IMG/VR virus record: IMGVR_UViG_3300032235_000437
Coordinates: 1 to 64,000 of that record
From: a virus
DNA: 64,000 nucleotides
Strand: one strand, 5' to 3'
Position numbers and translations under genes: made by a program. How positions within the stretch are numbered: position 1 is the first letter of the stretch; each line of letters begins with the position of its first letter. Positions 1-8,464 of the stretch are shown here, one piece after another. Under the pieces are notes generated by a model. That model searched no databases. It saw nothing but the letters and a program-made list of their open reading frames with translations, and had not been told where the DNA came from.

Positions 1-536
1 GAAAGAGATTCTTTGGGATTTACTACTAATTCCTTGATTTTAGTTGTGTTGGGTGAATACTTATGCAGAACTTTCCACAAACCCCAATCACGAATAGTAG
101 AATCGCTCTTCCAACTGTCAAGCAGCGTGGAGGAAGAATTCATCTTGTAACTACCACCGAGTGTATCATCTAGCTTAATATCGTTAGCTAAGCAATATTC
201 TAACTCTGGGTAGTTTGAGTAGGAACGGTCTCCGCCATTCCCGAAGGTAAGTTTACTACGAGGATAAAGATTTTGCACATCCTTCAACAAAGAAATAGCA
301 GTATTATCTGTATCGTCGAAACTTAATACTGAATCAACATAACGTATTGATTCTAATATTACTTTTCTAGAAGAAAAGTTTATAAAAGGCTGTCCTTTTT
401 TACGAGACAACCAGTTATCTGAATTTAGGCCGACTATTACGTGGTCATAATTTTCAAAAGCATCTTTAAACATAGCAATATGACCGTCATGTACGGGGTC
501 AAAACCGCCAGACAATATAACTATGTTATGATACAT
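1..536 (-). CDS. Cytidylyltransferase (HxGH) fused to a probable cupin/mannose-6-phosphate isomerase C-terminal domain; runs off the window start; not in ORF track
   Basis: Manual translation from ATG at 536: MYHNIVILSGGFDPVHDGHIAMFKDA...VGLNSDNWLSRKKG...GNGGDR...NSSS, then RDWGLWKVLH...KIKELVVNPKESL (type II PMI cupin start). Confidence 0.85.
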   Translation of the reverse strand, partial: MYHNIVILSGGFDPVHDGHIAMFKDAFENYDHVIVGLNSDNWLSRKKGQPFINFSSRKVILESIRYVDSVLSFDDTDNTAISLLKDVQNLYPRSKLTFGNGGDRSYSNYPELEYCLANDIKLDDTLGGSYKMNSSSTLLDSWKSDSTIRDWGLWKVLHKYSPNTTKIKELVVNPKESL

Positions 537-759
537 TTAGTGTACCAATATGCTTTGCAGCATCGTCAAAGACAAATCCTGCAGGCTCACCAAGAGCCTT
601 CCAAGAATCCATTATCTTAGTATGCTTGCAACCACGGCGACCAGCGGGGCAAGTGCACCCTCGTTTAGTAAAACGGTATAACGCAGTAGGAGCGTCTGAA
701 TCTTCAAATTTAGCGAGTTCATAGAAATAGTTACCCTTTCTCAAAAGATACTGTGCCAT
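526..759 (-). CDS. SWIM-type zinc finger protein
   Basis: CTCPAGRRGCKH (CxCx(n)CxH); RBS GAGG; upstream promoter. Confidence 0.7.
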   Translation of the reverse strand: MAQYLLRKGNYFYELAKFEDSDAPTALYRFTKRGCTCPAGRRGCKHTKIMDSWKALGEPAGFVFDDAAKHIGTLNVS

Positions 760-782
760 TTATTCCTCTATGTGTATAAGTT

Positions 783-811
783 AATATAACAAGAAAAACA
801 GCATATAGCAA
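783..811 (-). promoter_or_regulatory. sigma70-type promoter
   Basis: TTGCTA-17-TATATT with TG upstream of the -10. Confidence 0.7.
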
Positions 812-859
812 GAACTTTCTTGCATATGCTGGCGGTTTTTTGTCGTGTTTAGCGGAAAG

Positions 860-1384
860 CTACGCAACTTTATAGGTAGTAATACTAAGAGGTACTAATG
901 CACGATGGTACTCTGCCTTTAGAACTGATTGTTCTGGTAGTCTATCATTAATAAAGGTTTGTCTTAGCAACTTATAGTGCTGTTTAAATTTAGGGCCATG
1001 CGGCTTACAACGAGTATTAAATTTAGCATATTCAAAGTACTGAATAGCATGAGCTACTTCATGTGCTACAACTGCTTCTACTTTTAGTGCGGTATCTCTG
1101 GCATAGAATCCACCAATAGTTTTATCTTCATCATATGAAGGATACTCATAAAATCTATAAGCATATTTAGGATCATGATAAAGCATTGCAGTACCATACA
1201 TAGCAATATTAATACCAGGACCATTCTTGTAGATTCCGCCACGAGAGCTTCTTCTAGACCTATCCCAGTCAAGTTTAGTGTTTAGTCGAAACGTATCGTA
1301 CATATTCTTTTGTACAAAAGCCTCAAGCTTGAGCGCAAAACGCAAGGCAATGTTATTATACTGAATTTGTCGTTCACTTAGCAT
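860..1384 (-). CDS. SprT-like zinc metalloprotease
   Basis: VAHEVAHAIQ (HExxH) plus downstream PHGPKFK. Confidence 0.75.
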   Translation of the reverse strand: MLSERQIQYNNIALRFALKLEAFVQKNMYDTFRLNTKLDWDRSRRSSRGGIYKNGPGINIAMYGTAMLYHDPKYAYRFYEYPSYDEDKTIGGFYARDTALKVEAVVAHEVAHAIQYFEYAKFNTRCKPHGPKFKQHYKLLRQTFINDRLPEQSVLKAEYHRALVPLSITTYKVA

Positions 1385-1659
1385 CTACGTTTTCCCGTAC
1401 TTGGATCAGCAGCTTCTTCTTTAGATAGTACAACATAATTACCTTTGTTATACGCCTGCCCTACGATTAATGAGTCAGAACCGGAATACGCATTAGAACG
1501 TTTTGCGTACCCATTGCCTACTGTATCAGAGGTAGGAGGCATTGGACGTAGGTCTGCTCGTAGATCAGGAAGACTATACGGACTACGCTTAACTGCACGA
1601 CCTTTAACACCCATTTTCTTTAACCATTCTTCATGTTGCTGTAAAATTTGCTTTTTCAT
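1378..1659 (-). CDS. Conserved phage hypothetical protein
   Basis: Overlap-coupled ORF; GQAYNKGNYVVLS motif resembles marine myophage small proteins. Confidence 0.6.
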   Translation of the reverse strand: MKKQILQQHEEWLKKMGVKGRAVKRSPYSLPDLRADLRPMPPTSDTVGNGYAKRSNAYSGSDSLIVGQAYNKGNYVVLSKEEAADPSTGKRRC

Positions 1660-2594
1660 ATTCTTAAGTTTATATAACCTGTTAAGGGTTGAACAAAACT
1701 ACCGTCTATCTCAGGGTTAAACAACGCAATAGCAATATTTCTAGCTTCTATAGTTTTATCTAAGCTATGATCGCAGAATAACGCAAGTCGTTGGCCTTTT
1801 ACGGGACTACCCATCTCTTCAACATTATTCTGATCTAGCTGAAAATATACTAAAGACTTGAATAAAAACTTAGCAAGAGTACTATTTATGCTAAACTGCT
1901 TATTGTGTTGTCCGAATAACGCTGATATATAGAACTCATCTGGTATACTATCAGTATATACCCAACGATTAGCATTATACAAGACATGAATAGCTTCAAG
2001 TAGTCCAGTATCTCCAAGACGATCTATATCGCCCATACGTAGATGTGCTTCGATTATGTAGTCGTCTAGTGTTTCCACATTCAAACAACCAGTATAATCT
2101 GGTATATTGTTATCAACCCATGATTGCAATTTATATAGCGTATTTTTATTAGTTGGTGCTAGCTTCCAGTAGTCAAATAATCCTAGCTGTAACTTTTCAC
2201 CTATAAAGCTCACATCAAATACTATTTTACCTTTTACTACAATTAGATCCGTAGAATAATGAGTACCAAATAGATACTTAGACCAAAAGTATCCTGCAAG
2301 ATTTTTATACTGAGAATATTGCTCTGCATTGTGGCATAGAATAGCTCCTACACCACCGCCATATAAGTTAGTTATAGGTTTTATGATTATCGGATAAGTA
2401 GTGGGGTCTGTACCTATTGGGCCAGCAGGTAAGTTTTGTGATAGTGCTACTTGTAACTTATTATAAACCCAGTTATGTTTTGGGTTAGTAGTCCAAGCAA
2501 CTTCGTCTGATGTGGGTATTACAGAACCCCAGTCCGATAGGTATTTGTAGTAATTAGGCATAGCTAATTTAGGATTGTAGTTTTTCCAAGGCAT
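1656..2594 (-). CDS. ATP-grasp fold protein
   Basis: IIKPITNLYGGGVGA, YxxGTHYSTD and LNVE...IIEAHLR motifs; RBS GGAG. Confidence 0.65.
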   Translation of the reverse strand: MPWKNYNPKLAMPNYYKYLSDWGSVIPTSDEVAWTTNPKHNWVYNKLQVALSQNLPAGPIGTDPTTYPIIIKPITNLYGGGVGAILCHNAEQYSQYKNLAGYFWSKYLFGTHYSTDLIVVKGKIVFDVSFIGEKLQLGLFDYWKLAPTNKNTLYKLQSWVDNNIPDYTGCLNVETLDDYIIEAHLRMGDIDRLGDTGLLEAIHVLYNANRWVYTDSIPDEFYISALFGQHNKQFSINSTLAKFLFKSLVYFQLDQNNVEEMGSPVKGQRLALFCDHSLDKTIEARNIAIALFNPEIDGSFVQPLTGYINLRI

Positions 2595-2608
2595 TTATAC
2601 TCCATACT

Positions 2609-2637
2609 AAAAAAGGCACAGCATTATCGCTGTGCCC
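2609..2637 (-). terminator. Rho-independent terminator
   Basis: GGCACAGC-ataat-like loop-GCTGTGCC followed by T6 on the minus strand. Confidence 0.8.
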
Positions 2638-2642
2638 TCTCA

Positions 2643-2909
2643 TTAAGCCGAAAATCCCGGCTGTTTTGGGTCTTTCCACAGAGTTGTGGAAGGAACTTTG
2701 ATGAGACGTTTATTAGTCTCATTTTTATTAGGGTTCTCAATAGTAACCATAACCCGCTTACCTTTTTTGTGAGCGTGTAGCTGGTTTAGCACACGGTCTG
2801 CAGATGCTAGGTACTCAGAACGCATAGCGTTAACGATCTTTTTAGATACGTTAGAGTGAATACCAGCAGACTGTTTGCCGGAGCTTTTTGAAGATTTACC
2901 TTTAGCCAT
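2643..2909 (-). CDS. Basic conserved phage hypothetical protein
   Basis: RBS GAGG, own promoter and terminator; TIENPNKNETNKRLIKV motif. Confidence 0.7.
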   Translation of the reverse strand: MAKGKSSKSSGKQSAGIHSNVSKKIVNAMRSEYLASADRVLNQLHAHKKGKRVMVTIENPNKNETNKRLIKVPSTTLWKDPKQPGFSA

Positions 2910-2938
2910 TTTGTTTACCTCTTTAATTTCGATAATTA

Positions 2939-2967
2939 AATATAGCAGTATAAAAGCTAATAAGCAA
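2939..2967 (-). promoter_or_regulatory. sigma70-type promoter
   Basis: TTGCTT-17-TATATT. Confidence 0.7.
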
Positions 2968-2970
2968 TCT

Positions 2971-3180
2971 TTATCTCATTGTAGTTTGTGCACTGTATGC
3001 AGATATTGTAACATTTTGATACAGATCTAAAAGTACTACTATAAAGTCTGAAGAATTATATAAATACCCACAGTTTCTACAATCTGTAGATTCTGTAGGT
3101 TCTAACTTTCCTTTATAGTACCAAACTTCTTCTTCGCTAGAACATCTAGGGCAAGAACTTCTAGCTCTTAGTACACTCAT
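2971..3180 (-). CDS. Zinc-ribbon protein
   Basis: CPRC...CRNC. Confidence 0.6.
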   Translation of the reverse strand: MSVLRARSSCPRCSSEEEVWYYKGKLEPTESTDCRNCGYLYNSSDFIVVLLDLYQNVTISAYSAQTTMR

Positions 3181-3362
3181 TAGTGATACTTAAGCTCTTC
3201 TAGTATTTGCTCAATCAAAGTTGATTTGTTATGACGCTTATCTAGTTCTAGTCCTAAGGTACGAGCATAAGTCTCTAGCTGATCTTTGTCCATACGCAAT
3301 AGTTGTTCCTCTGTTAGTACAGTAGGAGCGCTGAGTAGTTTCTTAAGAAAATTAAATATCAT
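3180..3362 (-). CDS. Rho N-terminal/HeH-like small nucleic-acid-binding protein
   Basis: LLRMDKDQLETYARTLGLELDKRHNKSTLIEQI. Confidence 0.6.
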   Translation of the reverse strand: MIFNFLKKLLSAPTVLTEEQLLRMDKDQLETYARTLGLELDKRHNKSTLIEQILEELKYH

Positions 3363-3610
3363 GTTCTATGTGCCTTTACTTTGCTAGCTACGGCTTTAGG
3401 TTGTTTAACAAACTGTTTACCTTTTTTAGTGCCTTCGCGTTTTGCACGATTTGTAGCAGCTTTTTCCTCTGGTGACAGAGATTCCCAAGCTTTTTTAGGT
3501 AAATATCTGCCACGCTTAGCTCTAGGCTTATCTTGCTCACTAGCCTTAGAGTATTGCCACTCTTGTTCAGTCCACTTCTGTAAAGAACGCTGAGTTGGTT
3601 TAAGAGACAT
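3359..3610 (-). CDS. Basic protein, DUF5872-like C-terminal half
   Basis: SLQKWTEQEW...RYLPKKAWESLSPEEKAATNRAKREG...KQFVKQP. Confidence 0.7.
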   Translation of the reverse strand: MSLKPTQRSLQKWTEQEWQYSKASEQDKPRAKRGRYLPKKAWESLSPEEKAATNRAKREGTKKGKQFVKQPKAVASKVKAHRT

Positions 3611-3729
3611 TACTTTTTCTTCTTCTTAAGAATAGCTGCTTGAAGAGCCGGTGGAAGCTTTTTCTGCGACGCACTTAGAGCTTTTGATTCAGCTTTCTTA
3701 GAATCTTCTTTCATTGGTTTTTTAGCCAT
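3610..3729 (-). CDS. 39-aa Lys-rich microprotein (not in ORF track)
   Basis: MAKKPMKEDSKKAESKALSASQKKLPPALQAAILKKKKK*; RBS AGGAG; TAATG overlap with the next gene. Confidence 0.75.
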   Translation of the reverse strand: MAKKPMKEDSKKAESKALSASQKKLPPALQAAILKKKKK

Positions 3730-3740
3730 GTTATACTCCT

Positions 3741-3869
3741 TTAAAGCTTTTTAGCTTTCTTTTTTCTAGTTACAAGCAGCTTTTGATTTTTCTCTACGAC
3801 TTGCATACCAGCTTGTTCTGTTTGCTTTTTTAAAGACTTATACTTTTCAGCAAGGGTAAGTTTTTTCAT
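3741..3869 (-). CDS. 42-aa Lys-rich microprotein (not in ORF track)
   Basis: MKKLTLAEKYKSLKKQTEQAGMQVVEKNQKLLVTRKKKAKKL*; ATGA overlap with the upstream gene. Confidence 0.7.
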   Translation of the reverse strand: MKKLTLAEKYKSLKKQTEQAGMQVVEKNQKLLVTRKKKAKKL

Positions 3870-4042
3870 TTCTTATAACCGCCGCCAGCCTGCTTATATT
3901 TTACGGCTAGTAGTTGTGCTTTTCTAGCACTCCACTGACCTGGTGCTCCGCCTTTAGAACCGGCTTTTATTTGTTGAAAAATGCGTTTACGAAGAGTAGG
4001 CTTAGTATATACGCCTGCTTCGTTAACTCTAGATTCGGCCAT
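3866..4042 (-). CDS. 58-aa basic protein, DUF5872-like N-terminal half (not in ORF track)
   Basis: MAESRVNEAGVYTKPTLRKRIFQQIKAGSKGGAPGQWSARKAQLLAVKYKQAGGGYKK*; TAATG overlap. Confidence 0.8.
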   Translation of the reverse strand: MAESRVNEAGVYTKPTLRKRIFQQIKAGSKGGAPGQWSARKAQLLAVKYKQAGGGYKK

Positions 4043-4263
4043 TATGGCATACGCTTACGTTGCGCACGTGCCTTAAACATTGCGGCTGCTGCAACTCGCT
4101 GACCTGCTTCTTCGCTGCCATACTGCTCAGCGGCTTTAGAGGCTACTTTTTCAAACATTTTACCTTTTTTACCGATATCTTCACCTGCAACAGCGCGTTT
4201 AGCTAAACTGGAACGTTCTTTCTTACTTAGCATTTTCATACCAGGCTTAGTTTCTTTTACCAT
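4042..4263 (-). CDS. Small basic phage protein
   Basis: RBS AAGGAG; KAAEQYGSEEAGQRVAAAAMFK. Confidence 0.7.
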   Translation of the reverse strand: MVKETKPGMKMLSKKERSSLAKRAVAGEDIGKKGKMFEKVASKAAEQYGSEEAGQRVAAAAMFKARAQRKRMP

Positions 4264-4276
4264 TGATATTCTCCTT

Positions 4277-4312
4277 AAAACAAAATGAGAGTGTATTTAC
4301 TACACTCTCATT
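4277..4312 (-). terminator. Terminator downstream of pstS
   Basis: AATGAGAGTGTA/TACACTCTCATT stem plus T-rich tail on the minus strand. Confidence 0.7.
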
Positions 4313-4338
4313 ATACTATTTTAGTACGTTACGTCCAG
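4310..4338 (-). promoter_or_regulatory. Possible promoter for the basic-microprotein operon
   Basis: CTGGAC-17-TATAAT. Confidence 0.45.
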
Positions 4339-4353
4339 TTTTATTTTAAAACT

Positions 4354-5313
4354 TTATGGTAGTGTGTTTACTAACTCTTGTGTAGCGGCTAGTTCTGGGT
4401 CAGGTACTAGTCCGTAGCTTGCTAGAGCGCCATCTGGTCCTGCCATATCGTCGCTAACAAAGAATTCAACGTATTCTTTAAGTCCAGGAATAGTACCAAT
4501 GTGAGCGTTCTTGACGTAGAAGTATAGAGGACGGCTAACAGGATAATCTCCGGCTGCAATGCTATCTACACTAGGAAATACACCATTAATAGTAGCTACT
4601 TCAAGCTTTGCTGTGTTATTCTGATAGAAACTAAGACCAAACACACCAATTGCTGTTGGATTTGCATCAAGACGAGAAAGAGTCTCAGTATAGTCACCAT
4701 CAATATCAACAGCTACGCCATCTGTACGAACTGAATGACAAGATTTCTTTTGATCATCATCTAGTTTTTCTACTCCAAGAACTGCTTTGCATCCTTCTTC
4801 CATTACTTTTACGTCAAATACTTCACGTGTTCCATGCTTAGTACCTGGAATAAATGCTAGAATCTCAGTCGCTGGTAGTGCAGGATCAACATCACTCCAT
4901 AGTTTTGCAGTACTATCAACGTGAAGTGCACTATATAGCTGAGCAGGAGTTAAGTCATCAATATTTAGTTGGTCAATGTTAGAAGCAAATACAATTCCGT
5001 CATAGCCGATTCTGACTTCAGTGATTGGGCCAATGCTAGTTTCACAAGCAGCCCACTCTTCTTCTTTCATTTTAGAAGAAGAGTTTGCAATATCAACTGT
5101 ATTCTCTCCAACGCCTTCACATAGTTTTTTGCGTCCAGCACCTGAACCGCCACCTTCTACTACAGGACTTGGAAACTCAAAGTTTTCTCCAAAAGCTTCA
5201 GCAACAATAGTTGCATAAGGTAGAACTGTGGAAGAACCAGTTACTTGTATTTGATCTCTAGCTTGTGCAGCAGAAGCAGCGCAGATAAGCGCGATAGCGT
5301 ATACTATTTTCAT
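4354..5313 (-). CDS. pstS: Phosphate ABC transporter substrate-binding protein
   Basis: Signal peptide; GSSTVLP, GGSGAG, DIANSS, GTR and YPVSRPLYFY motifs; resembles Rhodobacteraceae PstS. Confidence 0.93.
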   Translation of the reverse strand: MKIVYAIALICAASAAQARDQIQVTGSSTVLPYATIVAEAFGENFEFPSPVVEGGGSGAGRKKLCEGVGENTVDIANSSSKMKEEEWAACETSIGPITEVRIGYDGIVFASNIDQLNIDDLTPAQLYSALHVDSTAKLWSDVDPALPATEILAFIPGTKHGTREVFDVKVMEEGCKAVLGVEKLDDDQKKSCHSVRTDGVAVDIDGDYTETLSRLDANPTAIGVFGLSFYQNNTAKLEVATINGVFPSVDSIAAGDYPVSRPLYFYVKNAHIGTIPGLKEYVEFFVSDDMAGPDGALASYGLVPDPELAATQELVNTLP

Positions 5314-5343
5314 ATAATCTCCTATTCACCATTCATGGTTTAT

Positions 5344-5383
5344 AGTATAACTATATAACATTTTTGTAACAGTTTTATGACAA
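5344..5383 (-). promoter_or_regulatory. Pho box (PhoB-dependent promoter) of pstS
   Basis: Minus strand TTGTCATaaaaCTGTTACaaaaATGTTATatagtTATACT: three 11-bp-periodic CTGTCAT-like repeats in place of a -35, then a -10. Confidence 0.85.
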
Positions 5384-5384
5384 T

Positions 5385-5416
5385 AAAAAAGCTGGGTTAT
5401 TCACCCAGCTTTTTTA
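5385..5416. terminator. Bidirectional terminator
   Basis: AAAAAAGCTGGGT-tattc-ACCCAGCTTTTTTT. Confidence 0.8.
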
Positions 5417-6476
5417 CTTTTACAATTTCCCCAGCATACTGCTCTTCTTGTTTGATAAACGAATAAAAGCTTTGCACTGCTACTTCTTTATTTTTTGCTT
5501 CAATATCAAAGTCTGCATATTCTAGCATAGGAACATGGTTAGCCATTAGCTCTTCATCCCAGAATACCTCGCTGTGAGCGTTTGGTTTCATCCAGTAATC
5601 TGTATTATCAGGGTGAAATGACTGAGACTTGTGAAATAGTGGGCGAATATCTTTCCAAGTTTTTACAGCTTCCTTAAAGAAATCTGACGTGTGCGTAATA
5701 TGTTCTACAGAGCGAACTTTACGATTTACAGTTTTCTCACCTAGCTTAACTTTTTCAGTCTCGGTCATACGATGGCAAGCATAGTGATGTGTGTCTAGCG
5801 TACAACGTGTAGGAATACGTTGTGCCAATTCGATAGTATGCTCAATATCATAGCCATTTGGCTTATCTTCATTTTCTACCGCTAGACATTGCTGAGCATA
5901 GTCTGATAGATGATGAAAATTAGTAGCAAACCGTTTGATACCGTCTTCGCGCTTGCCGCCATACAAACCTTGTAGGTGAATATTCATTACAAACTGCTTA
6001 GCTGGAATATTCATGAGTTTGCCATACAGCGCATGATATTCTAGATCTTTGATAGAATTTTCAACAACACCAGCATCATTAGAGCCTAGCACAGTAAACT
6101 GACCAGGATGAACACTTAGACGTACTTCATGTAGCTTAGCCTGCTCACCAGCACGTTCTAGAATATTTGAGATTGTACCCCAAATTTCTGCGTACCAGTC
6201 ACGAGTAAAGTCAAGAGTGTAGCAAGGAAACATCTCAGAAGAGATGCGAAAACTACGCAGATTGCGAGGTTGAGTAGGAAAATAAGTGCTTAGAATGTCT
6301 AGCAGCTTACGGCAGTTTTCAATAGCCTTAGCCTGTACTTTTTCTTTACCGCCTGCTTTTAGCGCGTATGTTTTAGTAGTTGTGCCAAAGTTATAGCGTT
6401 TTGCCAATTTGGCATCAAAAAACTGGCAACATTGAGAAATGCGCCAGTCTTGATTAGATGTGTTGTAGTATTCCAT
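5397..6476 (-). CDS. uvsE: UV damage endonuclease (UvsE/UVDE)
   Basis: FRISSEMFP, RLSVHPGQF, LAVENED, LDTHH, AHS and DIEAKNKE motifs. Confidence 0.9.
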   Translation of the reverse strand: MEYYNTSNQDWRISQCCQFFDAKLAKRYNFGTTTKTYALKAGGKEKVQAKAIENCRKLLDILSTYFPTQPRNLRSFRISSEMFPCYTLDFTRDWYAEIWGTISNILERAGEQAKLHEVRLSVHPGQFTVLGSNDAGVVENSIKDLEYHALYGKLMNIPAKQFVMNIHLQGLYGGKREDGIKRFATNFHHLSDYAQQCLAVENEDKPNGYDIEHTIELAQRIPTRCTLDTHHYACHRMTETEKVKLGEKTVNRKVRSVEHITHTSDFFKEAVKTWKDIRPLFHKSQSFHPDNTDYWMKPNAHSEVFWDEELMANHVPMLEYADFDIEAKNKEVAVQSFYSFIKQEEQYAGEIVKVKKLGE

Positions 6477-6497
6477 GTAAGCTCCATTATTTTATTT

Positions 6498-6526
6498 AAA
6501 ATAACAGATTAATAACATCATGTCAA
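6498..6526 (-). promoter_or_regulatory. sigma70-type promoter for uvsE
   Basis: TTGACA-17-TATTTT with TG extension. Confidence 0.6.
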
Positions 6527-6849
6527 TATTGAACTGGCGATGACTTACTCATATAGGCAGTAGCGCCGAAATAAAATCCAATAATTGATGCCATAGCTAG
6601 ATAGAACATGCTGATCAGGTCACCTAGAGCAGCGACTTTTTCTGGAGAAATAATAGGTGTCAGTAGTAGAAATGTGACTAACAACATACTACCCATAGCA
6701 ATCCAGCTTATACGCTTTTGTGCATCAGCCTTTTCTTCCCGAAGTTCTAGCTCTAATAATTGAGTAGCGCGGTCTTTTTCTTCTTCAGACACTTCTCCGT
6801 CTTTATTAAAGTCGTAGTCTTTGAAATTAAACTTTTTTATCAAAATCAT
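6523..6849 (-). CDS. Two-TM membrane protein with N-terminal EF-hand-like loop (holin-like)
   Basis: DFNKDGEVSEEE; two hydrophobic helices ending IIGFYFG. Confidence 0.55.
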   Translation of the reverse strand: MILIKKFNFKDYDFNKDGEVSEEEKDRATQLLELELREEKADAQKRISWIAMGSMLLVTFLLLTPIISPEKVAALGDLISMFYLAMASIIGFYFGATAYMSKSSPVQY

Positions 6850-6875
6850 GCTCTATAGCCTATGGCTTATCTTTC

Positions 6876-7619
6876 CTAGTTATCAATAAGTATTAAATCA
6901 AACGCAGCAGTTACACGAGAGTTATTAGACCTAACGGTGGTTCGTATATCTATATCACTTTTCTCTGGTATACGAAGAGGCACGCTAAATTTATATACAT
7001 ATGGGCCACCAGCGCCCTCAACCTCAAAAGAATGACCTACTCTAAAAGAACTTTGACCGAAGTATCGAACAAACATATCTCCTGTAGCGTCTCCGCTTTT
7101 TTGAATTGAGCATACACCTTGAGTTAAGTAAGCAGTTTTATCAGCTGGAATTGTGTATACTGCCATTAGGGTTTGAGCTTTACCTGCAGTAATTTTAAGA
7201 ACAGTAGTACCGCCTTTTGTAACTAGTATATCTGCTACATTAGTAGAACCATCTACTAAAAATCCCCGATTCAGTCTTTTAAAAGTTTTAGTACTATTAG
7301 TAGCCCCTGCGCTAGATACTGTTATAGTCTCTTCTTGAAACTTATAGTCTGTGTCAAGTCCTTGTATTGTTATTTGTTTATTGTTATCACTCGCATTTAC
7401 AGCACTAACACTAACAATACCCGCAGTATCCCATGCTGACCACGGATATATAGTATCGTTAACATCCCAAACAGTACCAGTAACGTTTGTACTCATTGTA
7501 GGCACAGCACCAAACTTATGATTAAAAGAGTGGTTAGCTATATGTCCGCGAGCCAGCTGTAGATAGAATTCTTCGTTTTTTCCTTGAGCAGTTGCAGATG
7601 GGTTTTGGTATAAAGTCAT
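6876..7619 (-). CDS. Conserved marine phage beta-rich protein, possibly structural
   Basis: NHKFG...QTLMAVYTIPADKTAY...PLRIPEKSDIDIR. Confidence 0.55.
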   Translation of the reverse strand: MTLYQNPSATAQGKNEEFYLQLARGHIANHSFNHKFGAVPTMSTNVTGTVWDVNDTIYPWSAWDTAGIVSVSAVNASDNNKQITIQGLDTDYKFQEETITVSSAGATNSTKTFKRLNRGFLVDGSTNVADILVTKGGTTVLKITAGKAQTLMAVYTIPADKTAYLTQGVCSIQKSGDATGDMFVRYFGQSSFRVGHSFEVEGAGGPYVYKFSVPLRIPEKSDIDIRTTVRSNNSRVTAAFDLILIDN

Positions 7620-8452
7620 TATTTTCCTTTATGAGCAAAAGATATATTTTGTTCTTGCTCTCTTGCATCTAAGTCGTATTGTTCGCGGTAGCTATTGTTA
7701 ATTGCAACTGCTTTTTCTAGTAGTGTCATTTTATCAGTAAAAGCAACTAGTGCAGCCGTGTCTTTAGGAAAACAAGCGCCACCAAAACCACGTTTACCAT
7801 CAAATCCAGGAACTCTCATATGAGTTGCTCCAATTCTAGGCTCTGAGTCTAGTGCTTTAATAATATTGTTAAAGTTAGCACCAGTATCTTGTGCTAAGTC
7901 GAACAGCTGATTGAAGAATGTTACTTTTACAGATAAGAAAGAATTAATAGCATACTTAATTAGACTAGCTTCTTCATAGGTTACATGAAAAGTTTTACAT
8001 ATCTTACAAGAGCTATGCTGACGATATATATCTTCTACTACTATAGTATCCCAGTTTAGTCCCCCAAATACATGAAAGTCTGCATTAACAAAATCTTCTA
8101 ATGCTGTTTTTTCACGTAAAAACTCAGGATTATAGACGACACCATTACATCCATGTTTTTTAATTATGTCAGGTGTAACAGTAGATTTTATAATAATCTT
8201 ATGTGTTGTTGGTCTATATTGGCTATTTAATTCGTCCATAACAGAATCTAGTATGCTAGAATCTATAGAACTGTCCACGTTCATAGGAGTAGGTACGCAA
8301 ACAAAAGTTGCATCATAATCGCTTAAAACTACATCCTTAATACTATTACCGTATTTAGGATCAACGATTGTCTTGGTTACGTGTGGGTTTGAAAATCCAT
8401 AATCAACAGCTTTTCCAACAAAACCATGACCAATTATTAGTAGCTTAAACAT
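7619..8452 (-). CDS. UDP-glucose/GDP-mannose dehydrogenase family protein (short form)
   Basis: IGHGFVG, CVPTP, IKSTVTP, YNPEFLRE, KYAINSF and catalytic GFGGACFPKD. Confidence 0.9.
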   Translation of the reverse strand: MFKLLIIGHGFVGKAVDYGFSNPHVTKTIVDPKYGNSIKDVVLSDYDATFVCVPTPMNVDSSIDSSILDSVMDELNSQYRPTTHKIIIKSTVTPDIIKKHGCNGVVYNPEFLREKTALEDFVNADFHVFGGLNWDTIVVEDIYRQHSSCKICKTFHVTYEEASLIKYAINSFLSVKVTFFNQLFDLAQDTGANFNNIIKALDSEPRIGATHMRVPGFDGKRGFGGACFPKDTAALVAFTDKMTLLEKAVAINNSYREQYDLDAREQEQNISFAHKGK

Positions 8453-8464
8453 TTATCTCTCTAT

